DNA of 64,000 nucleotides from Chrysomallon squamiferum. Lineage: Eukaryota; Animalia; Mollusca. The translations under genes were made by a program, and so were the position numbers. Location of the stretch: contig CM022679.1 of the NCBI GenBank assembly GCA_012295275.1, positions 11,222,001 to 11,286,000 of the forward strand, written 5' to 3'. Each line of letters opens with the position of its first letter. Within the stretch, counting starts at the first letter, position 1. Below are positions 50,776-64,000 of the stretch, piece by piece. The notes beneath the pieces were generated by a model. That model was not told the DNA's origin. It saw nothing but the letters and a program-made list of their open reading frames with translations, and searched no databases.

Positions 50776-53602
50776 TATCTGGTTTGGATTATTGGTTAGT
50801 TTTATTCGGTGAGTGATAAACGAAATCAAAGACTTTAATTTTTCCTAGAAAGAATGTCGTAAGCAACGATCGGTTTATCGATCGTCTTTGTATTTCAACT
50901 CGCAATATAAATGTCTTTACAAAATATACAAAATATGTATTCACGAAGAGTTAAAGCGTCAAAATTCGATACCAATATCCACAGAGTGCATCCAATTAAT
51001 TTATTTTTATTGGACACACGTTTTATTTTTCCTTATAGCAAAGACAGTAAAAGCATTTACCTTTCAGTGTTAGTTGTTACTGTTATTATTAAAATAAAAA
51101 TTAGAAATAATATTAAATGTAACGTTTGATTTAGTGCAATCCCTGTCAAATACGATAATCGTTTGCTGTTACGCTACATCTAAAGGTAATGAATGACTTC
51201 AATGTTTCAAAGACCAGTGGTCAAGGTACAGCCAGGTGGGGTGGACTTTGAGAACGCATGTGAGATAATACAGTTTTCGAGGAATAAACGGCTTGACATC
51301 AATCTCCTACCACTTGACTTTGTTAACTTCTTTAAATAAAAGACACGAAAATTCAAACATTCAAATACAGAAATAAGTAACACAAACTCTGCAGAGAATA
51401 TTAATACTTTATTTTTAAAACACAAAGAAACAAATGTTTAAATGAAGCTGGTTATAATACTCTATTTTCTCTGATGTTTTGTTGCTGTTTCTATATTATT
51501 ATTATTAGTATTAGTAGTAGCAGTAGCAGTAGTAGTAGTAGTAGTAGTAGCAGTAGTAGTAGGAGTACTAGTAATAATAGTAGTAATAGTAGTAGTAGTA
51601 TTTTAGTATTTTTATTAATACCTTTAAAGCAACAAATAGGTAAAGAAATATAAATTACATAATTTAAATTTAGAAAGAGAGGTTAATATTTTGAAGGTAC
51701 TGGTACTTAAATTTAAAATAATAAAAAGAATTAAAAAAATAAACGAGAAAAAGGTAAACACCCTTTTTGAAGATAAAATACCTGCCAAGTAGTTTTTGAT
51801 AATATTAAATCTGTTTTAAACATTATTCTTCAGAGAGAAAATATGTTTCAAAATATTTGTCATTCAGTAGTGTATGACAGAAAATCAGTATTGCTGTAGT
51901 GATATCAACAAACAAAATTAACTTTAACTGACCATTAATGGAGGTTTTTTTTATTCATTTATTTATTTCTGTTACATGAATGAAACTGAAAATAAACAAT
52001 ACTTTTGTTGTGGCTACCGACTGTTATTCACTGCATTAACACTCTGACGCTAACATTATATAAATTGAAAATAGAGAATAATCCTAATCCTAATAATAAT
52101 AATAATAATATGCATTTAAAAAGTAAACAGAACTGAGAGAAAGAGAGAATTAGACGAACAAATGGACAGATTTAGAGACCTATAATGAGGTCAGTGGGTA
52201 CATAATTTAAATAAATACATATATGCATCCATGTCGTTTCATTATATCAAAGATTTCAAATATTATTCCAACTGCAGCTGTATCGCTTTAAATGTATAAG
52301 ATAATTACAATAAAAGATTTTAACTCATCATACGTTACAAAACTTTATTATTTTTTAAAAATTATTTTATTTATTTTTATATATATATATATTCGCTTAA
52401 GATATTATAAATACAGGATGAAAATAATATAAAAATTAAATACACCCATTAATCATATTTATTTCATACGGAGGCTATCAAATAAAGTATTTCTATTTTT
52501 GCCTTTAATTTACTACTGTAGTTCTGTTTAAATCACTGATTACTTATCTTAGCACGTTCTTATTAATAAGGAAATATTTCTTCTGTAATATTATCATGGT
52601 ATAGATATCGACATAGCTTCACGTTTTCGGAGAATTCTACCCGAGTTAAGATAACAGTTCAGAAAACATGTTATTAACAAAGTATTACGCAAGTCTTCCA
52701 GGTTGCACGTATAAGGTTTCATATCATGTCTATTTTTAGAATTCAGGGAATTTCTTTGTAAAAATTGTTATCCGGGATTTGTCGCCAGGAGACGAAATAA
52801 TGTTACTTGCAACTAATAATATCACCTTGACACAAACGTGTGTGTGTGTGTGTGTATGTGTTAGTTTTTGTATATAAATATGCATTTTGTTATTACTATT
52901 GTTATTATCATTACTATTATTTTGATTATTATTATTATTAGTAGTAGTAGTAGTGCTAGTAGTAGTAGTAGCAGTAGTAGTAGTAGCAGTAATAGTAGTA
53001 TAATAGGTGTAGTAGTAGTAGTTGTTGGTACAGCAGTAGGAATTGTAGTAATATTAGTAATAATAAATAGTTGGAGTAATAGTAGTAATAATAAATAGTT
53101 GCAGTAGTAATTGTGATAGTAGTAGACGTAGTAATAGTTATAGTAATAAGGTAGAAGCAGCATAATCATCTATATATGTATTCACGTCTGTATGCGTTAC
53201 ATTTACCTCTCGTGATAAACATACATGGACACACAATGGACGAGGTCATGTGAAACACATACACTTTGAATCATGGGCCGGCCTAAATTAATTTCGATTC
53301 TAAATGAACCTGCAGTTTATTTAATCATATTTCGGCGATGGATAAATGTACTTTTATTTCGTTTAAGTTAAAACGAAAGTAAAACTAAATAAATTCGACA
53401 TAGCATAATAAATGTTTGGTTGCACTCACTGAAACCATACCATACTTGGAATGCACGTTTAAATCGATGAAATGTGTTCATGCGAAAAGGGCGTCTTTAT
53501 TGACAGAACGCAGAAAAACAATCGACTTGTTGCCAGTGATTCAAATATTTATCATGGAAAGCTAGTTTCGCTTTGAATCAGGAAAATATTATATGGATTT
53601 CA

Positions 53603-53634
<32 letters not shown>

Positions 53635-54473
53635 GTACTGTTATAATTTTATTTTATTTTTCATTCACACGGAATATTTTTCGTGTTTTCTCATTAAATA
53701 TACATACATACATACATAAATACATTCTAACATACATAAATGTTTCCGTACGTGTATTCATGGGTTTGTGTGCGTGCGTACATGCGTACGTGCACGTATA
53801 ATGCTATAGTAGTACTTATTTTATTCATATTGAATATGCTTATCCTTGTTAGTTTCTTTTTTTATATGAAATTTTTCACTGATTTGAAAGAAAGAATAAA
53901 TAAAAAACTGAAGTTTTACTAAGTCTGTATAATATATCATTTTAGTTTGGATTGCTATACCCGTATATCATTAATGTTATTGTTGTTATTGTTGTTATTA
54001 TTATTTTTAGTAGTAATGCAGGTTTTTTATTGTAATTAAATAAGTTTTAGACGGGAGGCAATTTAACAGATATCAGCTTCCATTTTAGAATGTAAAGTTG
54101 GATCATGCTTAAACTTTAGGATCATATACTGATTAAAACGTCTATACATAAACAAATATCGTATTTACTATTTTCAAGTAGACATTTTTGTCTTATATTA
54201 CTTTTAATGTGACAACACTAATACTTGCTTATACGTGTATTACGCTTAATGTTGCAATGCTAATATGGTTCTGCAAGTACTTTTAAGATGTCAATGCTAA
54301 CATATGTCGGTAAATGTATGGTAATTTAGTGGTTTATTCCGTTTTTTTTTTTGTCTTACATATCAATTCCTCCGTGACGTTAAGACAAATTTAGTGTTTA
54401 ACAAATAGATTAGACCGAAGTCGAGCTACCTTGAAGCGAAATTTATCTCTTGTTTTTATTTGTGAATTATGAC

Positions 54474-54477
<4 letters not shown>

Positions 54478-54557
<80 letters not shown>
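54478..54557. repeat. (GA)n microsatellite, ~80 bp
   Basis: Visible dinucleotide run. Confidence 0.95.
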
Positions 54558-54560
<3 letters not shown>

Positions 54561-56600
54561 ATTAGGTCGCTACTAAAGTACAAAACCGGTGATGCGTAAC
54601 CGGTGATGCGTATAAAGTCAGTGAAACAAGTATTCCTGAGAATATTATTTCATTTGATATTTTTGTATTTTTCACAAGAAAACGGATGTCCTAATCAGCT
54701 GAAGCCTGACTGAATTATTGGCTTTTGTCCTGTTAGCTAAGCGTTCGTTTCCGAGAAAAATCCAAGCTGTGCAAGTACAGTGACCTTTGTCTTTACAGGT
54801 GCAAACAGGTAACAATCATGACGAGTACTGGAGTTACTATTATTACAACTACTACTACTACTACTACTACTACTAACAATAATAATAATAAGATACATAG
54901 ATATACGGATTAAAAAAAAAAGAAGAAAAAAAAAAGAAGAGAAGAATGTCTAACAGATAATAAATGAAAAAGAACATTTTGTAGTTACATTTATTGCACG
55001 GTTACTTTTGTTCAAACTCATTACCTAAGACATTCAGTAATATATACATGTGCAGGTATTAAATAAAGAACCAAACGTGCATACCAAAAACATCCGATAT
55101 GAAATAAAATAAAATAAAATAAGATCAAAATACACCAGTATCCCCCAAGTGGCGCATTTCGTTTTTTTTTTTTTTTTTTTTTTAATTCTACACTGAATAT
55201 ATAATATAGATTTAAAAAGAAAAAATGTTCTAAGAGTAACCAATAACATTTACCGAGGACTATAAATTTCGTAAAACTGAAAAGAAAAACAAAGGCATTC
55301 AGATTTCTGAACAAATCATAGTAACAACTGTAATTTATTAATAAGTATAACATAAAAATAATCCGTTTTAAAATGGCATTTAAGAAATAAATTCTAACAC
55401 AAATGAAATCCTACCAATTTCTTTTGTTATCGATGTATTTAATGAATTTACATTAAAACATAAATGAAATGTTTCCAGTGTGCCGATTTATATTTTTAAC
55501 ATTGCATTTTTAAATAGTAAAAATGCATAGCACAAATAAAATATATACAATGGTATGATTTTGAAAGATTTTTTTTTTATTTTTTTAATGTTTTACAACA
55601 GTGAATGTAATTAAGATCTCACATATTAAAAGAATGTCTTTGTATGACTGAAAAGTTAATTTATGAACAGAAATGCAGCATAGCAGCTTTATTTTAACAT
55701 AAAAAAACAGTAAGTAGTCTTGGCAAAAAATTAAATACACGGTCCAGATTGAGTATATCATGTACTCTGTAGTAGATTATAAACCTTTGCTTAATGACAA
55801 ATGCAATTTTTTTAAATTCTTTATTTGATTATTATCAAATAATATCATATTTTCAATGGTCACAAAATAAAAATAATTACTTCACATCAGTAAAATTATA
55901 TATAATCCTCTTATAATAATAATAATAATAATAAGAATAATAAAAAAAAAAAAAGAAACAAGGAAAAAACAACTTCTTATTGCTGGAAAATATATTATTA
56001 CTGTCAGTAAATAAAAAAAATAATTTGTTTCTGTTAATGTTTGATACACATAAGCTAGTAAAGTCTGGAAAAATTAGCTTGTAAGAAGACATTCTGTATC
56101 CCAGGTAACTGATCAGTGCAATAAACACCTTCCAATCTGGCCTGTGAGTGAAACGTCTGAAGTTGATGACTATCAGCAGAACAGACTGCTTTTCATATTT
56201 AACTTTTCTGCAATACTAAGCTGGTTTCAAATGAGAACAAATTAAAAATTAAACATTATTTGAAATTCTGAAGGCTTTGAGAATAAAAATAAACAATGTA
56301 ATTATCTTTCAGAGCAGTCCTTATCATGCTCTTAGAAGTTCTACAAAACATAATTAATTAATTACCTCTGCATATAATTATTATTGTCCATACATATATA
56401 TACGTGTGTGTGTGTGTGTACACAAACACATCATAAATTAATCGCTTATATACATAAAATCTTCAATAAACTATTTACAGCAAAAAAAAGTAAAAAAAAA
56501 AAAGATAGAAACTGTAATATTTAAATGTACCAAAGGCTAATATACATATTTATTTGAATATACAATAACATACTTGTATTATACTTGACAGTGCAATCAG

Positions 56601-57318
56601 TGGGAATGAATTACAAATATTTCTAAAGATTAATCAATTATTTACAGTTAAGTAATTAAAATTATATTTTTCATCATTATTAGCACAGTTATCTATAAAT
56701 ACAGGTTTAGTATAATATAAATACAAAATATTTTTGTTAAACCTGCATAAAATCCCTATAAATGTCTTCATTTTTCTTCACTGGAGATTGTTTTAACTTT
56801 ATTATTATTATTTTAAAGTATTAAACTGCTCTCCAAAAAAAAGAAAATCAACATTGGTAAATATTTTGAAACATCTTGTCCAGGAACGTCAAACTAGACA
56901 CTGACACCAGTACAGTCAGATAACAAATATAATCCCTTATCCTTTTAAAAAAATACATGAAAAAAATTGAAAATCTTATATATGTATTTTGTTTAAATAT
57001 TCTTTATCTGTATATGTCACTTCTCTTTTGTCCACACATAATTCTGAAATTTCTTTACAAAAGAAAACTTGAATTTCTAAAGTGTCAAATAATTCAAACT
57101 TTAAATATTTTATTTATTCTTAACCAATCTTAGGCATAAATGTGTTTTTTTTTAATATCTTTTTTTTATACTATTTACTATTCTTTTCTTGTTGAAATTT
57201 ACAACTTTGCCTTTACATGTTATCTTGTTAGTGAGAACTAGGCATATAAAAATCTACTATAATATACACTGATCATCCTGGGAATGAATTACAAATATTT
57301 CTAAAGATTAATCAATTA
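56601..57318. repeat. Perfect 40-bp direct repeat in the CLEC16A 3' region
   Basis: tgggaatgaattacaaatatttctaaagattaatcaatta at 56601-56640 and 57279-57318. Confidence 0.9.
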
Positions 57319-57480
57319 ATAAAAGATTAATAAAATCCATACAAATATTTCAAGAGTTGATGCTTTAAACTTCACGAGACTTGACTTTAATGTTTTCCAC
57401 TCTAAAGCAAGTTACCTCTGTGATAACATTATCTTTAATTAAAGCTGGATTTCTGTAACTCTGATTTTATTAGAATAGTC

Positions 57481-60400
57481 TTATTCCACAATCTCGTTAT
57501 TCTTTCCATCAGAATAACTGTAGTGCTCCTGCACCTCTTGAGCCAGCTCAGTCAGTTGTTGTTTTGCTGTTTCTTTAGCTGACAATGTCTGATCATTGTT
57601 GATGCTAGAGTTACTGGTGTTGTTCTGAGGTGCCAGGCTGAAGTCTGAAGAAAACTCAGAGTCTGTTGATTTTGCATCACTCTGATCAGTATCCTTATCC
57701 TTTGAACTCACAGAACCACCTGCAGAAACTCTACTCTCAGGTTCTTTGGCAAGTGGTTGTACCAGCTTGGGATCAGCAGGCGGTACCAACTTTGGAGAGT
57801 TGACTAAGCCTGCAGGCAACATTTCAGATGCCTGTTGTTGTGGAATCAGAGACATAGAAGGAGCTGGTGCTGGTCTAAGTGATTTCGGGGAAAGACCTGA
57901 CTGACTTCTTGAATGACTGAGGTCAGGACCTTCATCAGATGAGGAGTCATCTTTGGACTGTTCTACTGCTGCTGGGCTACTTTTACTGTGAGGACGTGAA
58001 TTAATCAGACTTGTCTGCTTCATCTTGATGGAGTGAGAAAGAGGTGGGGGAGCAGATGAAGCATGTTTCCTGTTGTCACCTCTGGTTGGAATCACACTAG
58101 AGTCTGACTTGTGTCTCCTTGGACTGTGAGATTGACTTCTGTGTTTTTCCATTTTGAATGCTGGCAGCCTCAGCATCTGAGCACTGTTATCCAAGGATCC
58201 ACTTCGAGCTTTTGTATTCAAAGACAAATCTTCCATCGGAATCTCAATATGGGCTGCTATTTTGTTGTCTGAAGATCCTGAATGTGATTTAGGTCTTCTA
58301 GGAGTCCTGCCATGACTATGATTTAGTGACTGAACAGCGAATGCAGAGGCTGCTTCCTGATCTTCTTCAACCACAGATGATGAGTTACCAGCTGGTTTGA
58401 CATCTCTACCTGCTGGTCCTCGCCGTCCGTCCTTTTGGATTTTCTTCAATTCTTCAGTGGCATTTCTTTGCTTTGGTCTTGCTCCTTGGCTAGACACTCC
58501 AGCTTTTGTTTTAGACACTTCTGCTTGAGCTCCAGTCCTCACAGGATGACTTCGACCTAACAAAATATTAATTAGTAATAATATTGAAATCCTTGCTTGA
58601 TCTGGTTTCCTCTTTTGACTTAATATTACAGATACATATTTAATACAACAACTTCCTAGAATGAGGTAAAAATAACCCTTATCTGATTGACATTTTCAGT
58701 AGAAAATCATTCCGAAGTTTACTGGGTTTTTACATGTTATTTATTTTCAGTTTTCAAATTCACTTTTAACAATACTGAAGACAAAATATTAATCTGGAAA
58801 TAATAATTTTATATGAATTATTATAAACAACTTCCCACCTCTCATATTCACATAAATTTAGATGCAGAGATAGGAAAAAAACAAGATGTATGCATTAACA
58901 TAAATTTTGCCATTGTCAGACATCTTAATACTGTCTTACCAGGAATGGGCAAATTCTTATTAAAGCCACCAGCATTTTCCTGTGATGTTCTTTGTCCATC
59001 TTGTCCAACTATGTCCAGCATTCGTTCAATAATCTGCATCTTCTGTTGGCGGGCTCGAACTCGGCCCTTGATGAGTCTCTGTTTTGCAGCCATGCATCTA
59101 ATGTGGTCATCAAACACAAAACGTGCTGCCAGGAGAGGCAGAGGTCGGGCATACACAGAGTAAGATGGTTTGTGCACTGTAATGTGTAAAGAGCGGCTGT
59201 CATCTTTGTCTCCTGTAACTTCAATATCCTGCAATATATTTTCAGATCACATTAACAATGTATTTCCAAAGAATAACATGTCATCAAATGAACTGTAATA
59301 TCTAAGAGATAGTAAGTAAATAACAAATGTATAAAAGGTAATAAAAATGTATTGAATAATTTACTGAAATTCCATTTTTTGTCTTTAAAATGCATTTTGC
59401 TATCCTAAACAAAATTCTTTTATCTGTATTTTATCTGCTTTATTCAGAGTAATGATTCACCACATTTTTTATTATAAATCAAAGATGAAATTGCCAAATG
59501 CATGTAACACTAAAAAATAAATAAAAAATAAAGCATTGTCCAATATAAATTTAACCAATATAATCCACATTTCAAAAAACTGTTAAAACTGATCCACCCC
59601 TCCCCTTTTAGGTTAATAATTTATTCTTTTGTCTGTCAAACCACAGAACAATATTCTGATTGCTAAATGGATTAAAACTCTCTGTAGTATTGTTCCTGTA
59701 AGCAAACTGTATTCCTGATGGTACCTGAAGAAAGGAGACAAATCGGACAACTCCCCAGCCAAGTCGTTTATTATCTGGTTCCACTAATACCAGTTGTACT
59801 GGGTCAATGACTAGAAATCGACGTTCCTGTTTGCGACTATAAATAAAAATAAAAAAATAAATAAATAAATAAAAATAATGCATGCACACAACAACCAAAT
59901 ATATAACAATCCACCATAAAAAGATCTGGGAATACTAAACCAGGAATATACCTTTTAGGCTGATAAAAGGTTTTTCATTTACAATGAAAAATACTGCATG
60001 TTAAGAATATTACATGCTTCAGTAATACTGTATCTGCTAGTGCTCAGATACATCTGTACATATATACATTATGAAGATACAATGTATTAATCAGAACTAG
60101 TTGCTGTGAAGTATTTGGTGGATATTCTTAGAACACTGATTTGTATCAGGTCTGTAGGTCTGAAATAGGCAGCATGAAAATTGGAGATTTTTAAAATGTG
60201 CTAATAATATTAATATTTAAGCCAGTCTTGAAATTATTTTTATATCAGCTTGATTAGATACTGAAAACAACTAAAGCAAAACAAGAAATTAAAAATCTTC
60301 TCTTTTTAATCTGTAAATATGAAGAATTATACAAAATAAGCTCAAATGTGACAATATTTTTACTACAATACAATAATATAACAATATTTCTGGGTAGAAT

Positions 60401-61252
60401 GCAGTTGTGCTACATAATATATTTTGTGACTTCAGAATTACAGACTTACAGACTTCAGAAACACAAAATTATAAATTTATAACAATATGATTTGAACATA
60501 AAGATTAACAAAAAGCAACTGTATTGATCAATAGTTCTATTAATCTAGAACTTAAAATCATTACTTCAATATACAACTTAAAAATTTTGTTTTTAAATAG
60601 CAGAAAAAGAAAAAAAAACTCATATATTGATCACAGTTCAGATATTTATCAAACTGTATCCAGGAGACTGTTAACCAGCGTGAAACCTATCCCTGATTTT
60701 TGTTTGTTTTAACACTATTCTAAAAGAGTTAATTTTGCAATCTGCGACAATATGACAAACATTACTGCAAAAGAGTTGAGAACATCTGTCTGCTGAAACA
60801 GAATACTAAATAATTTTTTAATTATATATCAGACATATTCTTGTATGTTAGAAATATATGCTTCATTATTTATTAAGATAATTATTAATTTTCTTTGGTA
60901 GCTTTTATGGAATGATAAGCATTCAGTTGATAAGTAGATAGAAATAACTGAGAATGTCAGTTCAAACTACATATACAGCAACTATATATAAATATATGCA
61001 AGAATACAAATACACACACATAAACAAAACACACATAGTACAATTTACATGAACACAAATACATACAGATTTACACACACACACAATATTTTTAATATTT
61101 TTTAAATTTTTAAATGATTAAAAGCATACACACTGATCCAAAATATAATGTGTTTTCTTTTACTTTTATAAATGACTTGTTATTTAGGATTGAATGATTG
61201 GCAAATCATTGCTGTATTCAGCATTATAATCTTTTCAGGAAAAATGATATAT

Positions 61253-61306
<54 letters not shown>

Positions 61307-61382
61307 GAAACAACATTTAGAAAATTTATAATTACTCACCTATCCCTGGTAATAACTGTGCAAGCAATCAAATCACTATTAT
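57481..61382 (-). CDS. CLEC16A: CLEC16A/Ema/GOP-1 homologue, last four coding exons (5' part beyond window end)
   Basis: Minus-strand exons 61382-61340 (NSDLIACTVITRD), 59836-59725 (RKQERRFLVIDPVQLVLVEPDNKRLGWGVVRFVSFLQ), 59228-58940 (DIEVTGDKDDSRSLHITVHKP...LPLLAARFVFDDHIRCMAAKQRLIKGRVRARQQKMQIIERMLD) and 58556-57481 (long Ser/Pro-rich tail). All are GT-AG and in phase. The motifs match the conserved CLEC16A C-terminal domain. Confidence 0.94.
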
Positions 61383-61649
61383 CTAGAAGAAGAAGAAGAA
61401 AAAAATTGATTTCTCATAATTCTTTAACAAAAAAAGTATCTGAAGAAAAATATTTGCAAATGTAAATTCAGTTTTCATTTAAATAAATATCCATTGAATG
61501 TAACAATATAAAGTATTTCTATCTGAAATTTTATATACTGCCATTTCCCTTGTATTTAATATTATCATTCAAAAACATTCCAAAGCTTCTCTTGGTGGTC
61601 AAAAGTAGATATTTTCATTTTAAACAAAGCATAAAACAGCTTTGGTTCT

Positions 61650-61899
61650 TTAACACCTTTGGTGCTGAATGACGGAGATCTCCACAATGCAGTACGTATA
61701 CGACAGGGTGCTGAATGATGATGATCTCTGTCATACTTTTAAAATTGCCGCACATTAGTGATGTGACTTCCAGTGCTGACGTAGGCAATTATTGATCTAC
61801 TACAGGCTTCCCCGGCATTCAGAAAATCATGGTGAGTTTGAACAGAAACTTGTTTCAATTTGTGAAAGTCCCCAAAATGCTCAGCACTGAAGGTGTTAA
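61650..61899. mobile_element. piggyBac-like MITE (242 bp, 61654-61895) with TTAA target-site duplication in a CLEC16A intron
   Basis: TTAA|CACCTTTGGTGCTGA ... TCAGCACTGAAGGTG|TTAA; the TIRs match 13/15. Confidence 0.75.
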
Positions 61900-62770
61900 A
61901 CAACATAAGTATGATGAACTAACAGGATATGTTGGTAATTACAGATGTATAATAAAAAGTGAAAAAATTAAAAATAAAAAGAAAAATACTCCAGATATCT
62001 ACATAAAAATAAATAAAAGGTCAAAAACATTATTTTGTGGATAAGCTCTGTTAAAGGGATTCTATTAATTTGTCTACGAAAGAAAATACCAGCATCGTTT
62101 AATGTTAATATTATTTGTGAATAAAAATATATATTTTATTAGTGCTTTGTTTGTGTTTTTTATTTATTTATTTATATATATACATTCTTATTTAATTCTT
62201 CTTTTGTTTTTGGTTGGGGTTATTGTATTTTGTATATGTGAATAGAAAATGTAAAATAAGTATCATTTCCTTTAATATTAAAGTACTTATCATTCACTTA
62301 TGTAAATATTCTTGCTTTATATTGCTGCATTCATTCCATGTATATTTATTTATTGTATTAATACTAAATAAATGATAATATATGTAAATGAATGATATAT
62401 AATTATTCATTTTATTTAAAACTGTAACAGACACTTTTTAAGTCTTAATAAATGTAAAACATAAAAATATCTTGTCTCTAGCTAGAGTGTATTTATCAAA
62501 TATTAGTCCACTGACTATGGTAGACCTATCATTCCATGACCAAAATAAAAGGACAAAACACTGCATCAGCTAATGACAGTTCCTCGTGTGTCTGGTGATT
62601 CTTGGAATTCTAAATGTCAGTTAGATGAGAACAGTTATCTAAATGCTTTGTCGGTTCCTCAGGTCAGTGGGTCATGTTTACCACTAACACAGAGCTAACA
62701 ACACACATATTAATGTTATTAGCTTTCCCTGTAATAACTGATGCATGGCTCTTTTAATTTTTGTTTCGTT

Positions 62771-62905
62771 GCAGCTGTAAATTGCTTTTAAATGTAAATA
62801 TAAACATTTAATGCAATAATTAAAAAGAGTGGCTCATTTTTTAATGTTGGTTAGTTACAGCTGTAAATTGCTTTATAAATGCAAATATAAATTTATAATG
62901 CAACA
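62771..62905. repeat. Short direct duplication (cagctgtaaattgcttt...aaatataaa...aatgcaa x2)
   Basis: Copies at ~62772-62816 and ~62858-62903. Confidence 0.7.
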
Positions 62906-64000
62906 GTTAGAAAGAACACATATTAAATAGAAATGTATTGCATATTCAGAATATTATAAATATGTAGAAATATTTTATAAACATTAAAAGATGCACACTT
63001 TAAAAACTAAACAAATCAGTTTGGTAAATTCAGATTCAACTATTCTGGCTTTTTAGAATCGTTTTTCAACCAGGATTAATCATTTAAATTCAAGCAAAAT
63101 AATTATTCAGTGTCCAAAACATGTATGGTAATTGTTAATATTTTTAACATGGCAATCAGAACTTCAGATTTTTAAAATTAAAATCTGATTGCAAAGAAAT
63201 AAGGTCAGTTTTACTTTACTTTACTTTACTAGTTGCTCTTTGTCTTTCTAATATTTTTTTAATATTATGGTTTAGAAAAGAAGTAACTATATGTGTACTA
63301 TTGGAATTCCATCTTCTACCTGACAACTTAAACATGTGACCTAAAACAGCATCTGTTTGAAAGGAAGAGGTGGTAATAAAAACTCCCATTTATTCAATAT
63401 TGACTCAGTGACATTTCAAACAGGTGTAAAAAACAGTCAGTATAGTGTTTACTTATGAATACTCAGGGCAAATATTCTTATATAGCCACTCTGTATATAC
63501 TGCTTTAGAAACAGCAGCTGCAGTAATACAGTCTAAATTGAAGTCGGAACTTATACTTTATTTTTATCTGCTTATTTTCTTGCTTTTACAGACAATGGAA
63601 TAATAATAATAATAAAAATAAAAGCATGTTCCAATTCCTAATTATTAAATGTATTCAAAATAATCATAATTTGATAATAAAATGAATTAATTTTTATTTT
63701 ATTTATATTATTGTTTTTCTTGTTACCACATTTATATAATGTGCAAAAATGTACATACACACAATAAAGATTTGACCATATCAGGCACATGCAATATGTG
63801 GTTCTTGAAGATAAAGTTAGAGGTTTCTTAATAGAACTCACACACAAGTAAAATAACACGATTTCATTACAAACGGCTAGTCAGTCACGTGGTAATGTTT
63901 GTGGTGTAAGATGGGCCAATAAGGAGCAGATCTGCCACATTTCTGGGAAACTGCCTAACTAAGTGGGTTAGTGGTACGACTGATATATAGAAACTAGATC

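Overview
This is AT-rich, microsatellite-dense, intron-containing animal genomic DNA. An invertebrate, probably a mollusc, is my inference from gene and repeat style, not something proven here. I reconstructed six spliced or single-exon genes by hand from GT-AG boundaries and frame continuity. (1) The 5' nine coding exons of PCYT2 (minus strand, running off the window start through a U12-type donor). (2) A complete 78-aa CENP-X/MHF2, missed by the ORF track, head-to-head with PCYT2 across a decayed Ty3/Gypsy element. (3) A 4-exon neuropeptide-type class A GPCR. (4) A 6-exon BDH1/SDR9C-like dehydrogenase. (5) An intronless SOCS2/CIS-like gene. (6) The 3' exons of CLEC16A (minus strand, convergent with SOCS). 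Mobile DNA comprises a Gypsy relic, a solo LTR, a Tigger/pogo fragment and two MITEs. The main highlight is a ~5.8 kb tandem array of four ~1.4-1.8 kb units directly upstream of SOCS. Each unit carries a paired STAT (GAS) site module, so the array looks like a copy-number-amplified JAK/STAT feedback enhancer next to a GAS/NF-kB promoter. Other highlights are the SOCS-CLEC16A tail-to-tail arrangement (as in human SOCS1-CLEC16A) and an intronic inverted copy of a PCYT2 3' splice site that could fold back and mask the exon preceding the U12 intron. All motif counts were made by eye.
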